This document shows positions 56,080-64,000 of a stretch of 64,000 nt of DNA, one piece after another (the stretch's first letter is position 1; each line of letters begins with the position of its first letter). The notes beneath the pieces are model-generated. The model had not been told where the DNA came from, did no database searches, and saw only the letters and a list, made by a program, of their open reading frames with translations. Location: IMG/VR virus record IMGVR_UViG_3300025133_000066, positions 14,291-78,290 of that record; one strand, 5' to 3'. The DNA comes from a virus. Both the position numbers and the translations under genes were made by a program.

Positions 56080-56458
56080 CAATTCTATCAAAATATTTTA
56101 CCTCTTTCGTGTACTGGCTGCCCACGATTGGTTTGCCTCTCCAATCGGAACCAACTACCATTATATCGGGATTAATGTTCTTTACTAGTAATTCCAGACC
56201 CACAGTATTATGGAATACATGAACCTCATCAACCCACTCGATTGATTCCAATATGAATTTGCGCTCCTCAAAATTATTAATCGGCCGATTGGGGCCCTTG
56301 TCACACTGGACTTTTGTATCAGAATCGATACCGACGATAAGTTTATCGCCCAAGGTCCGCGCATATTGAAATAGCTCTATGTGACCACGGTGGAGAATGT
56401 CAAAACAGCCGTTTGTAAAGATCACCTTCGTTTCTTTTTCTTCCTCGCGAGATTTCAT
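56033..56458 (-). CDS. Nucleotidyltransferase (HldE/RfaE domain II-like)
   Basis: FTNGCFDILHRGH, KGPNRPIN, GSDW and YSTT. Confidence 0.9.
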   Translation of the reverse strand: MKSREEEKETKVIFTNGCFDILHRGHIELFQYARTLGDKLIVGIDSDTKVQCDKGPNRPINNFEERKFILESIEWVDEVHVFHNTVGLELLVKNINPDIMVVGSDWRGKPIVGSQYTKEVKYFDRIDGYSTTQIIKNIINR

Positions 56459-57072
56459 ATATTTTTAACTTGCACTAGACCAAGCGATTTTTGTTCATAT
56501 CCTGATTTAAGTGGGTTCCCGATAAATGTTTCTTCAAAAACAATATTCCATGGTTCAGCTTGCAAATTTAAACGTGCCGCCTTTGAGGAATGAGCGATCG
56601 CGGGAGATGCCCCAGAAGAAAGAAATGTGGTTGTAAGAAGCCATTGAATTTTACTTTTTCGAATGTTTTCAAAAAACAAAGATATTTCACTCGCTGAGAG
56701 ATGAAATAAAACATCGCGCGCAATAAATAAATCACAAGGCGGAATAGGATCCATGCATGCATCCATTTGTCTAAAGCTAATATTCTCTTTGTATAGAGTC
56801 TTATCTATCCTTGCAAGACATGTTTCTGAGATGTCTATTCCTAAATAAGACCCTCCGTAGTCTTTAAGAAAATCAAATTGCCACCGGAAATCTCCACAAA
56901 TATCTACAATTGAGCGGATATTATATCGTTTAATTACTTCTTTAATATAAAGAATATCATGTCGAACAAATTCCGGGCTTGATCCCCTCCCAGAATGAGT
57001 ATTCGCATATACTCCCCACGATTTTCTTTTATAAATATTTTCAAAATATTCTTTTCTTTGTTTCTTAGACAT
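56455..57072 (-). CDS. Class I SAM-dependent methyltransferase
   Basis: SGRGS, SIVDICGD, YLGIDIS and DLFIARDVLFHL. Confidence 0.75.
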   Translation of the reverse strand: MSKKQRKEYFENIYKRKSWGVYANTHSGRGSSPEFVRHDILYIKEVIKRYNIRSIVDICGDFRWQFDFLKDYGGSYLGIDISETCLARIDKTLYKENISFRQMDACMDPIPPCDLFIARDVLFHLSASEISLFFENIRKSKIQWLLTTTFLSSGASPAIAHSSKAARLNLQAEPWNIVFEETFIGNPLKSGYEQKSLGLVQVKNI

Positions 57073-57075
57073 TGT

Positions 57076-57756
57076 TCAAATACCCACCCAGTTCTCTTTT
57101 AAATAAATATATTCTTCAATATCAGGAAATACCTCAATATGTTCTCGCGTTTTTCCTTTTGGGACACATCTAGGTTGAGGCTCCACATGTGTTAAAATCT
57201 TTTTTTCATGTTTTAATACTTCGGGTATAAAATGTTCGCCCAAAAAATATTCATCGGCTCCAAAAACTGATTTATCGCCCGGATAAGCCTCTATCAGTTT
57301 TTTTGTATTAAAGGGAAGTTCTCTTGCAGAAACGCATCCAGCCATAAAATATCTTCTATTTTTTCTTTGCCATGCATCGAGACGATTGTGGCATACCCAT
57401 ATAAAATGAACTTTATGATCTGTTTCTAACCACTCTCTAATAGAAATAAGATCATTTTCTTGAAACTTGAAATCTAAATCTCGACAAACTGCTATTTCGC
57501 AATCGTCAAAGGCCAAAAATCTCCAGAAACACCCCTCTCTTCCTTTGCCCCGGGGCATTTCAATAAGTTGAGTATTTTCCATATCCTGCAAACTTTTAAT
57601 AATGTCTTTCGGAGCAGTATCATCATAGTACATTCTAAATTTCCACTCAGGTAAATGTTCTTTAAGATATCTCGCTGTTTGTGGGGCATGCTTGGCATAT
57701 CTATGATAAGCTCTCGGACTTTTCCCAAAAAGACAAGTTGAAACTACCTTAAACAT
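57076..57756 (-). CDS. Putative GT-A/DxD sugar-modifying enzyme
   Basis: FWRFLAFDD..VCRDLD and FGADEYFL; located in the glycosylation cluster. Confidence 0.5.
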   Translation of the reverse strand: MFKVVSTCLFGKSPRAYHRYAKHAPQTARYLKEHLPEWKFRMYYDDTAPKDIIKSLQDMENTQLIEMPRGKGREGCFWRFLAFDDCEIAVCRDLDFKFQENDLISIREWLETDHKVHFIWVCHNRLDAWQRKNRRYFMAGCVSARELPFNTKKLIEAYPGDKSVFGADEYFLGEHFIPEVLKHEKKILTHVEPQPRCVPKGKTREHIEVFPDIEEYIYLKENWVGI

Positions 57757-58306
57757 TATCTTTTCTCTGCAATACCACTAAGCTTTGACCTTGCTTGATA
57801 TGGTCCACGACTTTATATTTCTCTTCTACTACATGATAGGGTTTTCGCCCCCAATAATCATGTATAAAAACATATGCACCTTCATTTAAAAAATCATAGA
57901 TAAATTTAGCACATTCTGGACGGGCTCGGCCGTCCACTAAGACAGCATCATACTTCTTATTGATAATAGAGGGATATTTTACATATTCCTCATATGCAGT
58001 GTAACTTGTACTTTTTTCTAAATTATCCCAACAGTCAGCATGGATTCGCGGGGCGGCCATCTTTTTATTTTCAGATAAGAAAGTTGTGATTTTATCGTTG
58101 TTGGAGATTTTAATTTTTACCTTGTTATACCATTCTTTATTGTGTTCTAAACTATAATACTCTTTTACAAATTTAGAAAAATGTATAGTACTTCCTCCCG
58201 AGCCATATTCTAACATAATAGTTTCAGGAGTTAGATATTTTTCTATCATTTTAATCTCTTTTTGTGACATCCATACTTTCATATATTGTTCCTCTCTTTT
58301 TGACAT
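57749..58306 (-). CDS. SAM-dependent methyltransferase (polysaccharide O-methyltransferase-like)
   Basis: Start moved to ATG 58306; LEYGSGGST, SLEHN.EW, VLVDGRAR and FIHDY. Confidence 0.75.
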   Translation of the reverse strand: MSKREEQYMKVWMSQKEIKMIEKYLTPETIMLEYGSGGSTIHFSKFVKEYYSLEHNKEWYNKVKIKISNNDKITTFLSENKKMAAPRIHADCWDNLEKSTSYTAYEEYVKYPSIINKKYDAVLVDGRARPECAKFIYDFLNEGAYVFIHDYWGRKPYHVVEEKYKVVDHIKQGQSLVVLQRKDNV

Positions 58307-58307
58307 A

Positions 58308-59309
58308 TTATTTTTTCCATGTAGGGCCCCCAACAATATCAAAATCTTCTATTACGCGATCTTCCGGGTGGTTTCGAAGTGTAATTTGATCAAAACCCCA
58401 TTTCGCCCAAGTCTGTTCGGTCGCATGGAGGCCTCTTCGTCCAATATATTTGGCTCGATTTTGAGATGACATTAATCTAACAAAGCCCTTCGACGCCAGA
58501 TTAGATTCAGTCATAGCGTCTTGTCCGGTTGCAACATTTAGACTATGAATTCTTTTTCTTTTTGATTTAATGAAGGGATCTTTTAAAATATTTTCAGGTG
58601 CGGAGTCGAAGTCAAAATCCTCCCAACAACTCCTCATAAATTTGCGCACCGTTGGTAGATCGCTTTCGAATGCTTGTTTCCCCATTCCATTTTTTGGGAG
58701 TGGATCGTGAAATATCTCTTCATATTTATACATATTTTCTTTAATACCATCCCACGCTTTTCGGGGCATTAAATATCCCCACAAATGTGTCGCGCCTACG
58801 GCCTCAAAAGATGAAAGCTTTTCCATCGTTGGCTCTTCTTCATTGGCCTCAGAGTCTAAATTCCAACCTTGTATCATTCCAATATTATCATATTTTTTAG
58901 ACAAACCATCATAAGTATTCAGAAGGAGACGGATGTAGTTATCAGATATTACCAAATCGTCCTCGAAAACAAATGCTAGTTCAAAGTCTAATTTATCAAA
59001 AACGAATCTTCGAGCATCAATTATGTTTTTAGAGCATCCGACATTCCCATCGCGGCAGATAAGAAACTTATTTTTTATATTTTCATAAGATTTGATTATT
59101 TCAATATTTTCTTTTATCGTCGCGAAAGGGCCGCCATCTAGGTAAAAGAATACTGGTAATTCTTCGGCTTCCTTATTCTTTGAAATGGAGTCGAGAACCT
59201 TCGAAAAATAGTCGGGACGATTGAACGCGATAACGATAATCGCAGTTTTCTTATTATGTGAAATCGTATAATCTATATTTTCAACTCTCTCTTTTATCTG
59301 GTTAATCAT
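58308..59309 (-). CDS. GT-A fold glycosyltransferase (GT2/GnT-I-like)
   Basis: Start moved to ATG 59309 (AAGGAG RBS); IAFNRPDYF, FYLDG, VFEDDL and LWG. Confidence 0.75.
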   Translation of the reverse strand: MINQIKERVENIDYTISHNKKTAIIVIAFNRPDYFSKVLDSISKNKEAEELPVFFYLDGGPFATIKENIEIIKSYENIKNKFLICRDGNVGCSKNIIDARRFVFDKLDFELAFVFEDDLVISDNYIRLLLNTYDGLSKKYDNIGMIQGWNLDSEANEEEPTMEKLSSFEAVGATHLWGYLMPRKAWDGIKENMYKYEEIFHDPLPKNGMGKQAFESDLPTVRKFMRSCWEDFDFDSAPENILKDPFIKSKRKRIHSLNVATGQDAMTESNLASKGFVRLMSSQNRAKYIGRRGLHATEQTWAKWGFDQITLRNHPEDRVIEDFDIVGGPTWKK

Positions 59310-60495
59310 TCTCGAATGCTCCTTCCAAAACATCTTTAAATCTTTTGCCGACTTCTTTTTCACTAAAGCCAATAGGATTATTTCTTTCGCGGCTTAAACG
59401 ACCCGCAGTCCAATCATTGTACGCGTTTCTCAAAGACTTTCTTATAGAGATAATATCCGGTTCGTACCAATTCATATTACAACTATACCCCGGTATGGAG
59501 TGATATGGTGACCAACAACCCTTGAAAAAATATTTATTTTTATAGTTCTTCAAATAATCAAGATGTCCACCCGCATCTGGGACAACTACAGGTAACCCAG
59601 ACATGGTTGCTTCTGCAATTGTCAAACCAAAACCCTCCCCTCTTGTAGCCAAAGCAAAGACATGTGATTGTTCATATAACCAATTTATTTCTTCTTCAGG
59701 AATAACTTTTGGTATTATAATAACTTTACAAACCGCTTTCTTTCCGTTTTCTAGCTCTATAGATTCTTTTAATAATCGGGCTTGATCAACTATTGATCTC
59801 GCTTGTTGGACTTGGGAAATAGCATAGTTACTCATTATAATGCCATATGTTTTTATTAACAAACAAGCATTGTCAACATCCCCGAATTCCATACAGAAAG
59901 CGCGAATGAGGGTGTCATAACCTTTCCTATGCTGCCACTGAGACATGCTGAACACCACAAAATTCTTTTTGAAATCTAACGGTAGATCCATAGGTTTAGA
60001 CAAACCTCTTGGTTCTTCCAGGGAGTGGGGTATTAAATGTGCCTTTATATCGAGGTCTTTAAACAAAGTTTGATTCCACACACTGGGTACTATTACATTT
60101 TTTGTTTTTCTCTTTTTATATATTTCTACCCATCGATCTGGAAGCTTTGTGGCTTCCCATGCCAGTATATTAAGATTATCCGTAGCTTTACGAAATGTTT
60201 CTTGTGTAATTTTCATGTTCATCACTTTTTCGGACATCGGCGGCGGCATATGCCAAAGTATGACATATTCTTCCTTTTCTATAAAATCATATAGAGCTTC
60301 TTTATTTGAAAGATCATATTTATCCAGCATCTCTTTATCGGATTCGGTGATATGACTATGGACAGTTTCCAAAGAAAGGGAAAGTATCTTTAATTTCTCT
60401 GGAGGGAAATAATGTTGCATAGAGCGCAGATTGCCTCTGGCTGCGGAGCCATATCCACAGTTGTCATGAAACTGGCTAATATAAATATATTTCAT
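59302..60495 (-). CDS. GT4-family glycosyltransferase
   Basis: GYG..AR, WE, VPS.WN, RKG and RGEGFGLTIAEA...GLPV. Confidence 0.88.
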   Translation of the reverse strand: MKYIYISQFHDNCGYGSAARGNLRSMQHYFPPEKLKILSLSLETVHSHITESDKEMLDKYDLSNKEALYDFIEKEEYVILWHMPPPMSEKVMNMKITQETFRKATDNLNILAWEATKLPDRWVEIYKKRKTKNVIVPSVWNQTLFKDLDIKAHLIPHSLEEPRGLSKPMDLPLDFKKNFVVFSMSQWQHRKGYDTLIRAFCMEFGDVDNACLLIKTYGIIMSNYAISQVQQARSIVDQARLLKESIELENGKKAVCKVIIIPKVIPEEEINWLYEQSHVFALATRGEGFGLTIAEATMSGLPVVVPDAGGHLDYLKNYKNKYFFKGCWSPYHSIPGYSCNMNWYEPDIISIRKSLRNAYNDWTAGRLSRERNNPIGFSEKEVGKRFKDVLEGAFEND

Positions 60496-61733
60496 AAGAT
60501 GGTATACTCTGTTTCGGAAGAAAAAACTTTATTTATAGAGTTTATAAACTCACCATATTTCTTTTCTTCCGTAAAGTTCTTAACAATATATTTTTGAAGT
60601 TTCTTCGCATTTTTCAAAAATCGTGGATATTGACTTCGAACTTCTCGCATGCGGCGCTTAAAACTTGCTTCTCTCGGGAAAGCCCATTGAGAGTCAGCTT
60701 GGATGACATTATCCCATACAGCCTGCTTTTGTACATTTTGAAGATCATATTCGACAGATGCGAACATTGGTTTCTTTTTCCCCGATTTTCTTCGAGCATC
60801 TGGCATATAAAGGAAATCACAGTGGCCGGACCATCCGGAGACAATCACAGGCAGTCCGTTATAGGCAGCTTCAAACAGCGGGAGGCCGAAGCCTTCTCCG
60901 TGTGCTGTGGAAACGAGTGCTTTAATTTTGGGGTGCTGATAAAGGCCATTCATTTCTTCGGGTGTCAAATCTCCATGAATCAGATAGACCTTGCACTTAC
61001 AATTTTCCCCTCCGAAACTGCGCAAAAGAGATTTCAAACGCGAGCCAGTATGCTCGCGGTCGATGATGCTGTTGTTCTTGACTGATGTTTTCAGAACAAG
61101 GCCGACTTCTTGATCAAAATTTTCCTCAAGGAACCATTTGACGAGATTGTCAAAGTTCTTTCTTGGGCCCCATTGAGAAATTGCAAGGTAATTGAAATTA
61201 TAATCAAGTTTAAGATCAAGCTTTTCTTTTTCAAAGTGACGAACTGGGTAATTGACTGCTGTAATCGGTGTTTGACAGGATAAATGAACAGTTTCGCCTG
61301 TCTGATTATTTTGTCCTTGGTAGTTTGTAGCCTCGAAGACATTCTTGGAGTGGTTAGAAACAACGATGATTCTATCCATTTCGTTGGCTTTCTGAAGCCA
61401 AACTGGTGCCACCTTTGTTGTTTCAATACCGGCTGTATACCCAATATTAACTGGGGCGATTTTTTCCCATTCGTTGGGAATAGTTATTTGTAATGACATA
61501 TCGAAGCGGCCGCCTTGTTGGCCAAAAACGTGAGTTTGTGCGATTCTTTTATCTGTCCAAACACGCTCTTCGTTGTCGGAGCTTACCCAACCGGTTTGCC
61601 CCCAAACTGTAGGAATTATATAAATATCGAAAATATCTTCTCTTGATCTTAATGCTCTAATTGCGAATCTTGCTTGCTCTCCGTATCCAGATTGTGAAAG
61701 GACTGGGCCCCTTACTACGATTTTCTGTTTCAT
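60492..61733 (-). CDS. GT4-family glycosyltransferase
   Basis: Start moved to ATG 61733 (ATGA overlap); SGYGEQAR, RKN and HGEGFGLPLFEA. Confidence 0.88.
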   Translation of the reverse strand: MKQKIVVRGPVLSQSGYGEQARFAIRALRSREDIFDIYIIPTVWGQTGWVSSDNEERVWTDKRIAQTHVFGQQGGRFDMSLQITIPNEWEKIAPVNIGYTAGIETTKVAPVWLQKANEMDRIIVVSNHSKNVFEATNYQGQNNQTGETVHLSCQTPITAVNYPVRHFEKEKLDLKLDYNFNYLAISQWGPRKNFDNLVKWFLEENFDQEVGLVLKTSVKNNSIIDREHTGSRLKSLLRSFGGENCKCKVYLIHGDLTPEEMNGLYQHPKIKALVSTAHGEGFGLPLFEAAYNGLPVIVSGWSGHCDFLYMPDARRKSGKKKPMFASVEYDLQNVQKQAVWDNVIQADSQWAFPREASFKRRMREVRSQYPRFLKNAKKLQKYIVKNFTEEKKYGEFINSINKVFSSETEYTIL

Positions 61734-62992
61734 TTTGTAATCTCCGTGAAAGCCCAAGGCTTATAGTGTTTTCGCGATTCCCAAGAACCGTATTTCTCGA
61801 TAACCGAATCTATCATTTTAATCCACTGTTTTTGGTAATTTTCAAAATTATAATTTGTAACAACATGCTGTTTTCCTTTAAGGCCGAGGAATTTTCTCTG
61901 GTTCGGTGTCATATTAAAAACATCTCTCAGAGCCTGTATAAAGTCTTCCTTAGAAATCCTATCCTCATAGATGTATGGAACCTGTTGAGAGCCTATGATG
62001 GCCTTTGAAGCCGGCTCAATGCCTATTCCAAACCACTCTTTTCCATCTGTCACCTGCTCTTGCAATCCACCCGTCATATTGACGATAATCGGAGTTTCAC
62101 AGGCCAAAGATTCAAGAGTCGCCAATCCAAAACCTTCCGCATCCGAAATATTAATAGTGCAATCTGCTATGTTATACATCACAGCTAAAGCTTCTGGCGG
62201 GATTTTATTTTGTGAAATAAGAATTCGCCCATCGTCTGCCTGGAGATTGCTGATTAAGATCTCTAGATCTTGACCATTTGGATCTTTTGGATCGGTGTGC
62301 ATAATAAGGCGGACTTTTTCTGGCCCCACTTCTTCTGCGAATTCGTTAAACCAGTGAACCAATGAACCGCTCATTTTGCGGCGGGCATTTCTATTATTCC
62401 AAAAGAATGTTACTTTTTTATCATCTTCGCCGAAATGCTGTTTGCGGTGGTTTGCGATATCTTCGTTGGAAAGACAACAAAAAATATTTGTATCAACAGC
62501 ATGTGGAAGATAGTGACTTTCTACATCTGGTGCCACAGTATTAACAATGTCATAAGTTACTTTTGAAATTGAAACAACAACATCCGTTGATTCATAAAAT
62601 TTCTTGTTATAGTGAGGATATGGATAATTATCCCAAACATGATAATAAACCATAGGAATATGAGTTCTTATTTCATTCTCAATCATCCACAGCCAACCAT
62701 AAAAACGAGGGTCTGTCATAAACCAAAGCATATCTGGTTTTTCATTAAAGATCGCCGAACGAACCATTTCTGGTGTTCCATAACCCTTAACCGGATAGAT
62801 AATCCAATCTTCTTCCCATCCCTCAATTTTTTGTGGTTTATAATCTTGATGTTTCACTGCTCCACCAAGACAGACAAACTTATATTTTCCTGTTTTTAGT
62901 AGAGTTTCAATAATATATTTTGTTTGAGTCCCCACTCCTGACGGGGCCATTGGGTGATCTGATATCACCAAAATCTTCTTCTTTTCTGTCAT
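61730..62992 (-). CDS. GT4-family glycosyltransferase
   Basis: SGVG, PHAVD, NRNARRK and AEGFGLATLES...PII. Confidence 0.88.
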   Translation of the reverse strand: MTEKKKILVISDHPMAPSGVGTQTKYIIETLLKTGKYKFVCLGGAVKHQDYKPQKIEGWEEDWIIYPVKGYGTPEMVRSAIFNEKPDMLWFMTDPRFYGWLWMIENEIRTHIPMVYYHVWDNYPYPHYNKKFYESTDVVVSISKVTYDIVNTVAPDVESHYLPHAVDTNIFCCLSNEDIANHRKQHFGEDDKKVTFFWNNRNARRKMSGSLVHWFNEFAEEVGPEKVRLIMHTDPKDPNGQDLEILISNLQADDGRILISQNKIPPEALAVMYNIADCTINISDAEGFGLATLESLACETPIIVNMTGGLQEQVTDGKEWFGIGIEPASKAIIGSQQVPYIYEDRISKEDFIQALRDVFNMTPNQRKFLGLKGKQHVVTNYNFENYQKQWIKMIDSVIEKYGSWESRKHYKPWAFTEITK

Positions 62993-63003
62993 TTAAACCT
63001 CTA

Positions 63004-63765
63004 TTATGGACACTCGGGAGATCTGCAAAATTCACATTTACCACACGACCGCTTATCCTTTATGTAATTTTTCTTTTTTATGTTGAAAAGCGCCTTGTTC
63101 AAAAGATTAGTCGCATTTTCTATTTTCTTATTTCCGCTTGTAACTCTAAAAATTTCCACTCTGTCCTTCTTGGCTGTTCTCTTTAATAGAGCGAAATGTG
63201 TTTCAATATCTTTCAAATCGATACCGTGCTGTTTTGCAAAGAAGATCTTGTACAAAGTCAACTGATATGTAACCATTGGATCAGATCGTCGGCGCATATC
63301 CCAACCCCAAGAGCAGGATTTCCAATCAATAATATGATATTTACCGTCAGGTGTCTTTACGACTGCATCGATATACCCCTTGAAACTATAATCTTCGTCA
63401 TCGATTGGAACCATCAGCTTCTCTTCTGTTGAGATGACCATGTAACCATCGGCGAAGTATTCTTCCATTGCTGGCATGATCTCTGGCAAGATTCCCATTG
63501 CTTGAACAGCCATTTTTTCAGGATCTTCCCTGAATTTAATGTCGTCGTCAAGCTCTGTAAGACATTGTTCAAATCTTTTAACAAAATATTCTGCTGCCTC
63601 GAACGATTCGTGGAGCAACTTTCTCTCTGCAACATCATGAATGGCTGTTCCAAAAGCAGTATATTCATTTCCTCGGAAACCCTTGAGTTTATCGATGTAA
63701 GTCAATTTATGATAAAAGGGGCAGAAATTCCAGTTCTTTAATTCTGAAAACGATATGTGGGACAA
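63004..63765 (-). CDS. PD-(D/E)XK nuclease (Cas4/RecB-like, probable Fe-S cluster)
   Basis: SFS....CP, FGTAIH, E..L, GYID, IIDWKS, QL.LY and C-terminal C..C.F....CP. Confidence 0.85.
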   Translation of the reverse strand: MSHISFSELKNWNFCPFYHKLTYIDKLKGFRGNEYTAFGTAIHDVAERKLLHESFEAAEYFVKRFEQCLTELDDDIKFREDPEKMAVQAMGILPEIMPAMEEYFADGYMVISTEEKLMVPIDDEDYSFKGYIDAVVKTPDGKYHIIDWKSCSWGWDMRRRSDPMVTYQLTLYKIFFAKQHGIDLKDIETHFALLKRTAKKDRVEIFRVTSGNKKIENATNLLNKALFNIKKKNYIKDKRSCGKCEFCRSPECP

Positions 63766-64000
63766 TTAATCCTCTTTTAATGGTAAAGTTTTTTCTTGTA
63801 CTTCTATTATAACATCTTTTTGAGATTTGTCAAGTGTTTTTTTTGTCTTTTTTGTGGCACTGGTTCTTTTTTTGGGAGATGTAGTTCTTTTTTTGAGAGA
63901 TGTAGTTCTTTTTTTGGGAGATGTAAGCTTTTTATCTTTATAATCTAAATTTACAAATTCCAAAGAAGTTTCTAATATTCCAAATTTATTATCTACTTTA
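63766..64000 (-). CDS. 3' end of a protein with a Lys-rich TSPKK repeat tail (5' end outside the window)
   Basis: The frame stays open to the window edge (KVDNKFGILETSLEFV...). Confidence 0.6.
   Translation of the reverse strand, partial: KVDNKFGILETSLEFVNLDYKDKKLTSPKKRTTSLKKRTTSPKKRTSATKKTKKTLDKSQKDVIIEVQEKTLPLKED
63806..63833 (-). promoter_or_regulatory. Sigma70-type promoter TTGACA-N16-TATAAT with extended -10 (TGn)
   Basis: Exact hexamers embedded in the upstream CDS, 40 nt before the nuclease start. Confidence 0.8.
63863..63925. repeat. 3 x 21-bp tandem repeat encoding T-S-[PL]-K-K-R-T
   Basis: gttctttttttg[ga]gagatgta at 63863, 63884 and 63905. Confidence 0.95.

Noticed and set aside
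63004-63765. Cas4-like gene as evidence of a CRISPR-Cas system
   Set aside because: No array or other cas genes nearby; stand-alone PD-(D/E)XK nucleases are common in phages.
1-64000. Stop-codon reassignment, as seen in some large phages
   Set aside because: Core genes are full length and densely packed under the standard code, and TAA, TAG and TGA all end genes.
1-64000. tRNA, rRNA, structured ncRNA or intrinsic terminators
   Set aside because: Intergenic gaps are all short, and no cloverleaf or convincing GC hairpin with U-tract was seen by eye; a covariance-model scan would be needed to exclude them.

Overview
A 64-kb, AT-rich, gene-dense segment of a large T4-like (myovirus-type) phage genome, read with the standard genetic code. 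Essentially all real genes lie on the minus strand, and the plus-strand ORFs are antisense shadows. In transcription order (right to left) the window holds: (1) a sigma70-type operon with a Cas4/RecB-like nuclease and about 12 sugar-pathway genes (three GT4s, a GT-A enzyme, two methyltransferases, split HldE kinase and nucleotidyltransferase, HAD phosphatase, cupin, GT9-like transferase, short NDP-sugar dehydrogenase); (2) a second sigma70-type operon ending in a phage sigma factor; (3) a baseplate/tail block (M23 peptidase, HxH spike, gp25, gp6, a ~3,040-aa LamG protein, tail-collar-like proteins) followed by RuvC; (4) a sigma70-driven replication island (primase and a fused Mre11-Rad50/gp47-gp46); (5) a holin/spanin-like cassette; (6) the head module (terminase, portal, prohead protease, partial scaffold), interspersed with bS21, a GAMT/RMT2-like methyltransferase and three tandem paralogs. 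The most striking unexplained patterns are: two short amphipathic peptide tags (MKLTxxQLRxxIKEE and [LM]E[NK]WxxF/Y) fused to many unrelated cargo proteins, a candidate capsid-addressing system; strong enrichment of [ST]-[GAS]-[ST] tripeptides in virion proteins alongside a phage glycosylation cluster; a recurrent ACTAnTTAT upstream motif, a likely late promoter; and three real-looking ORFs absent from the ORF track. All functional calls come from motif recognition by eye; no database searches were run.
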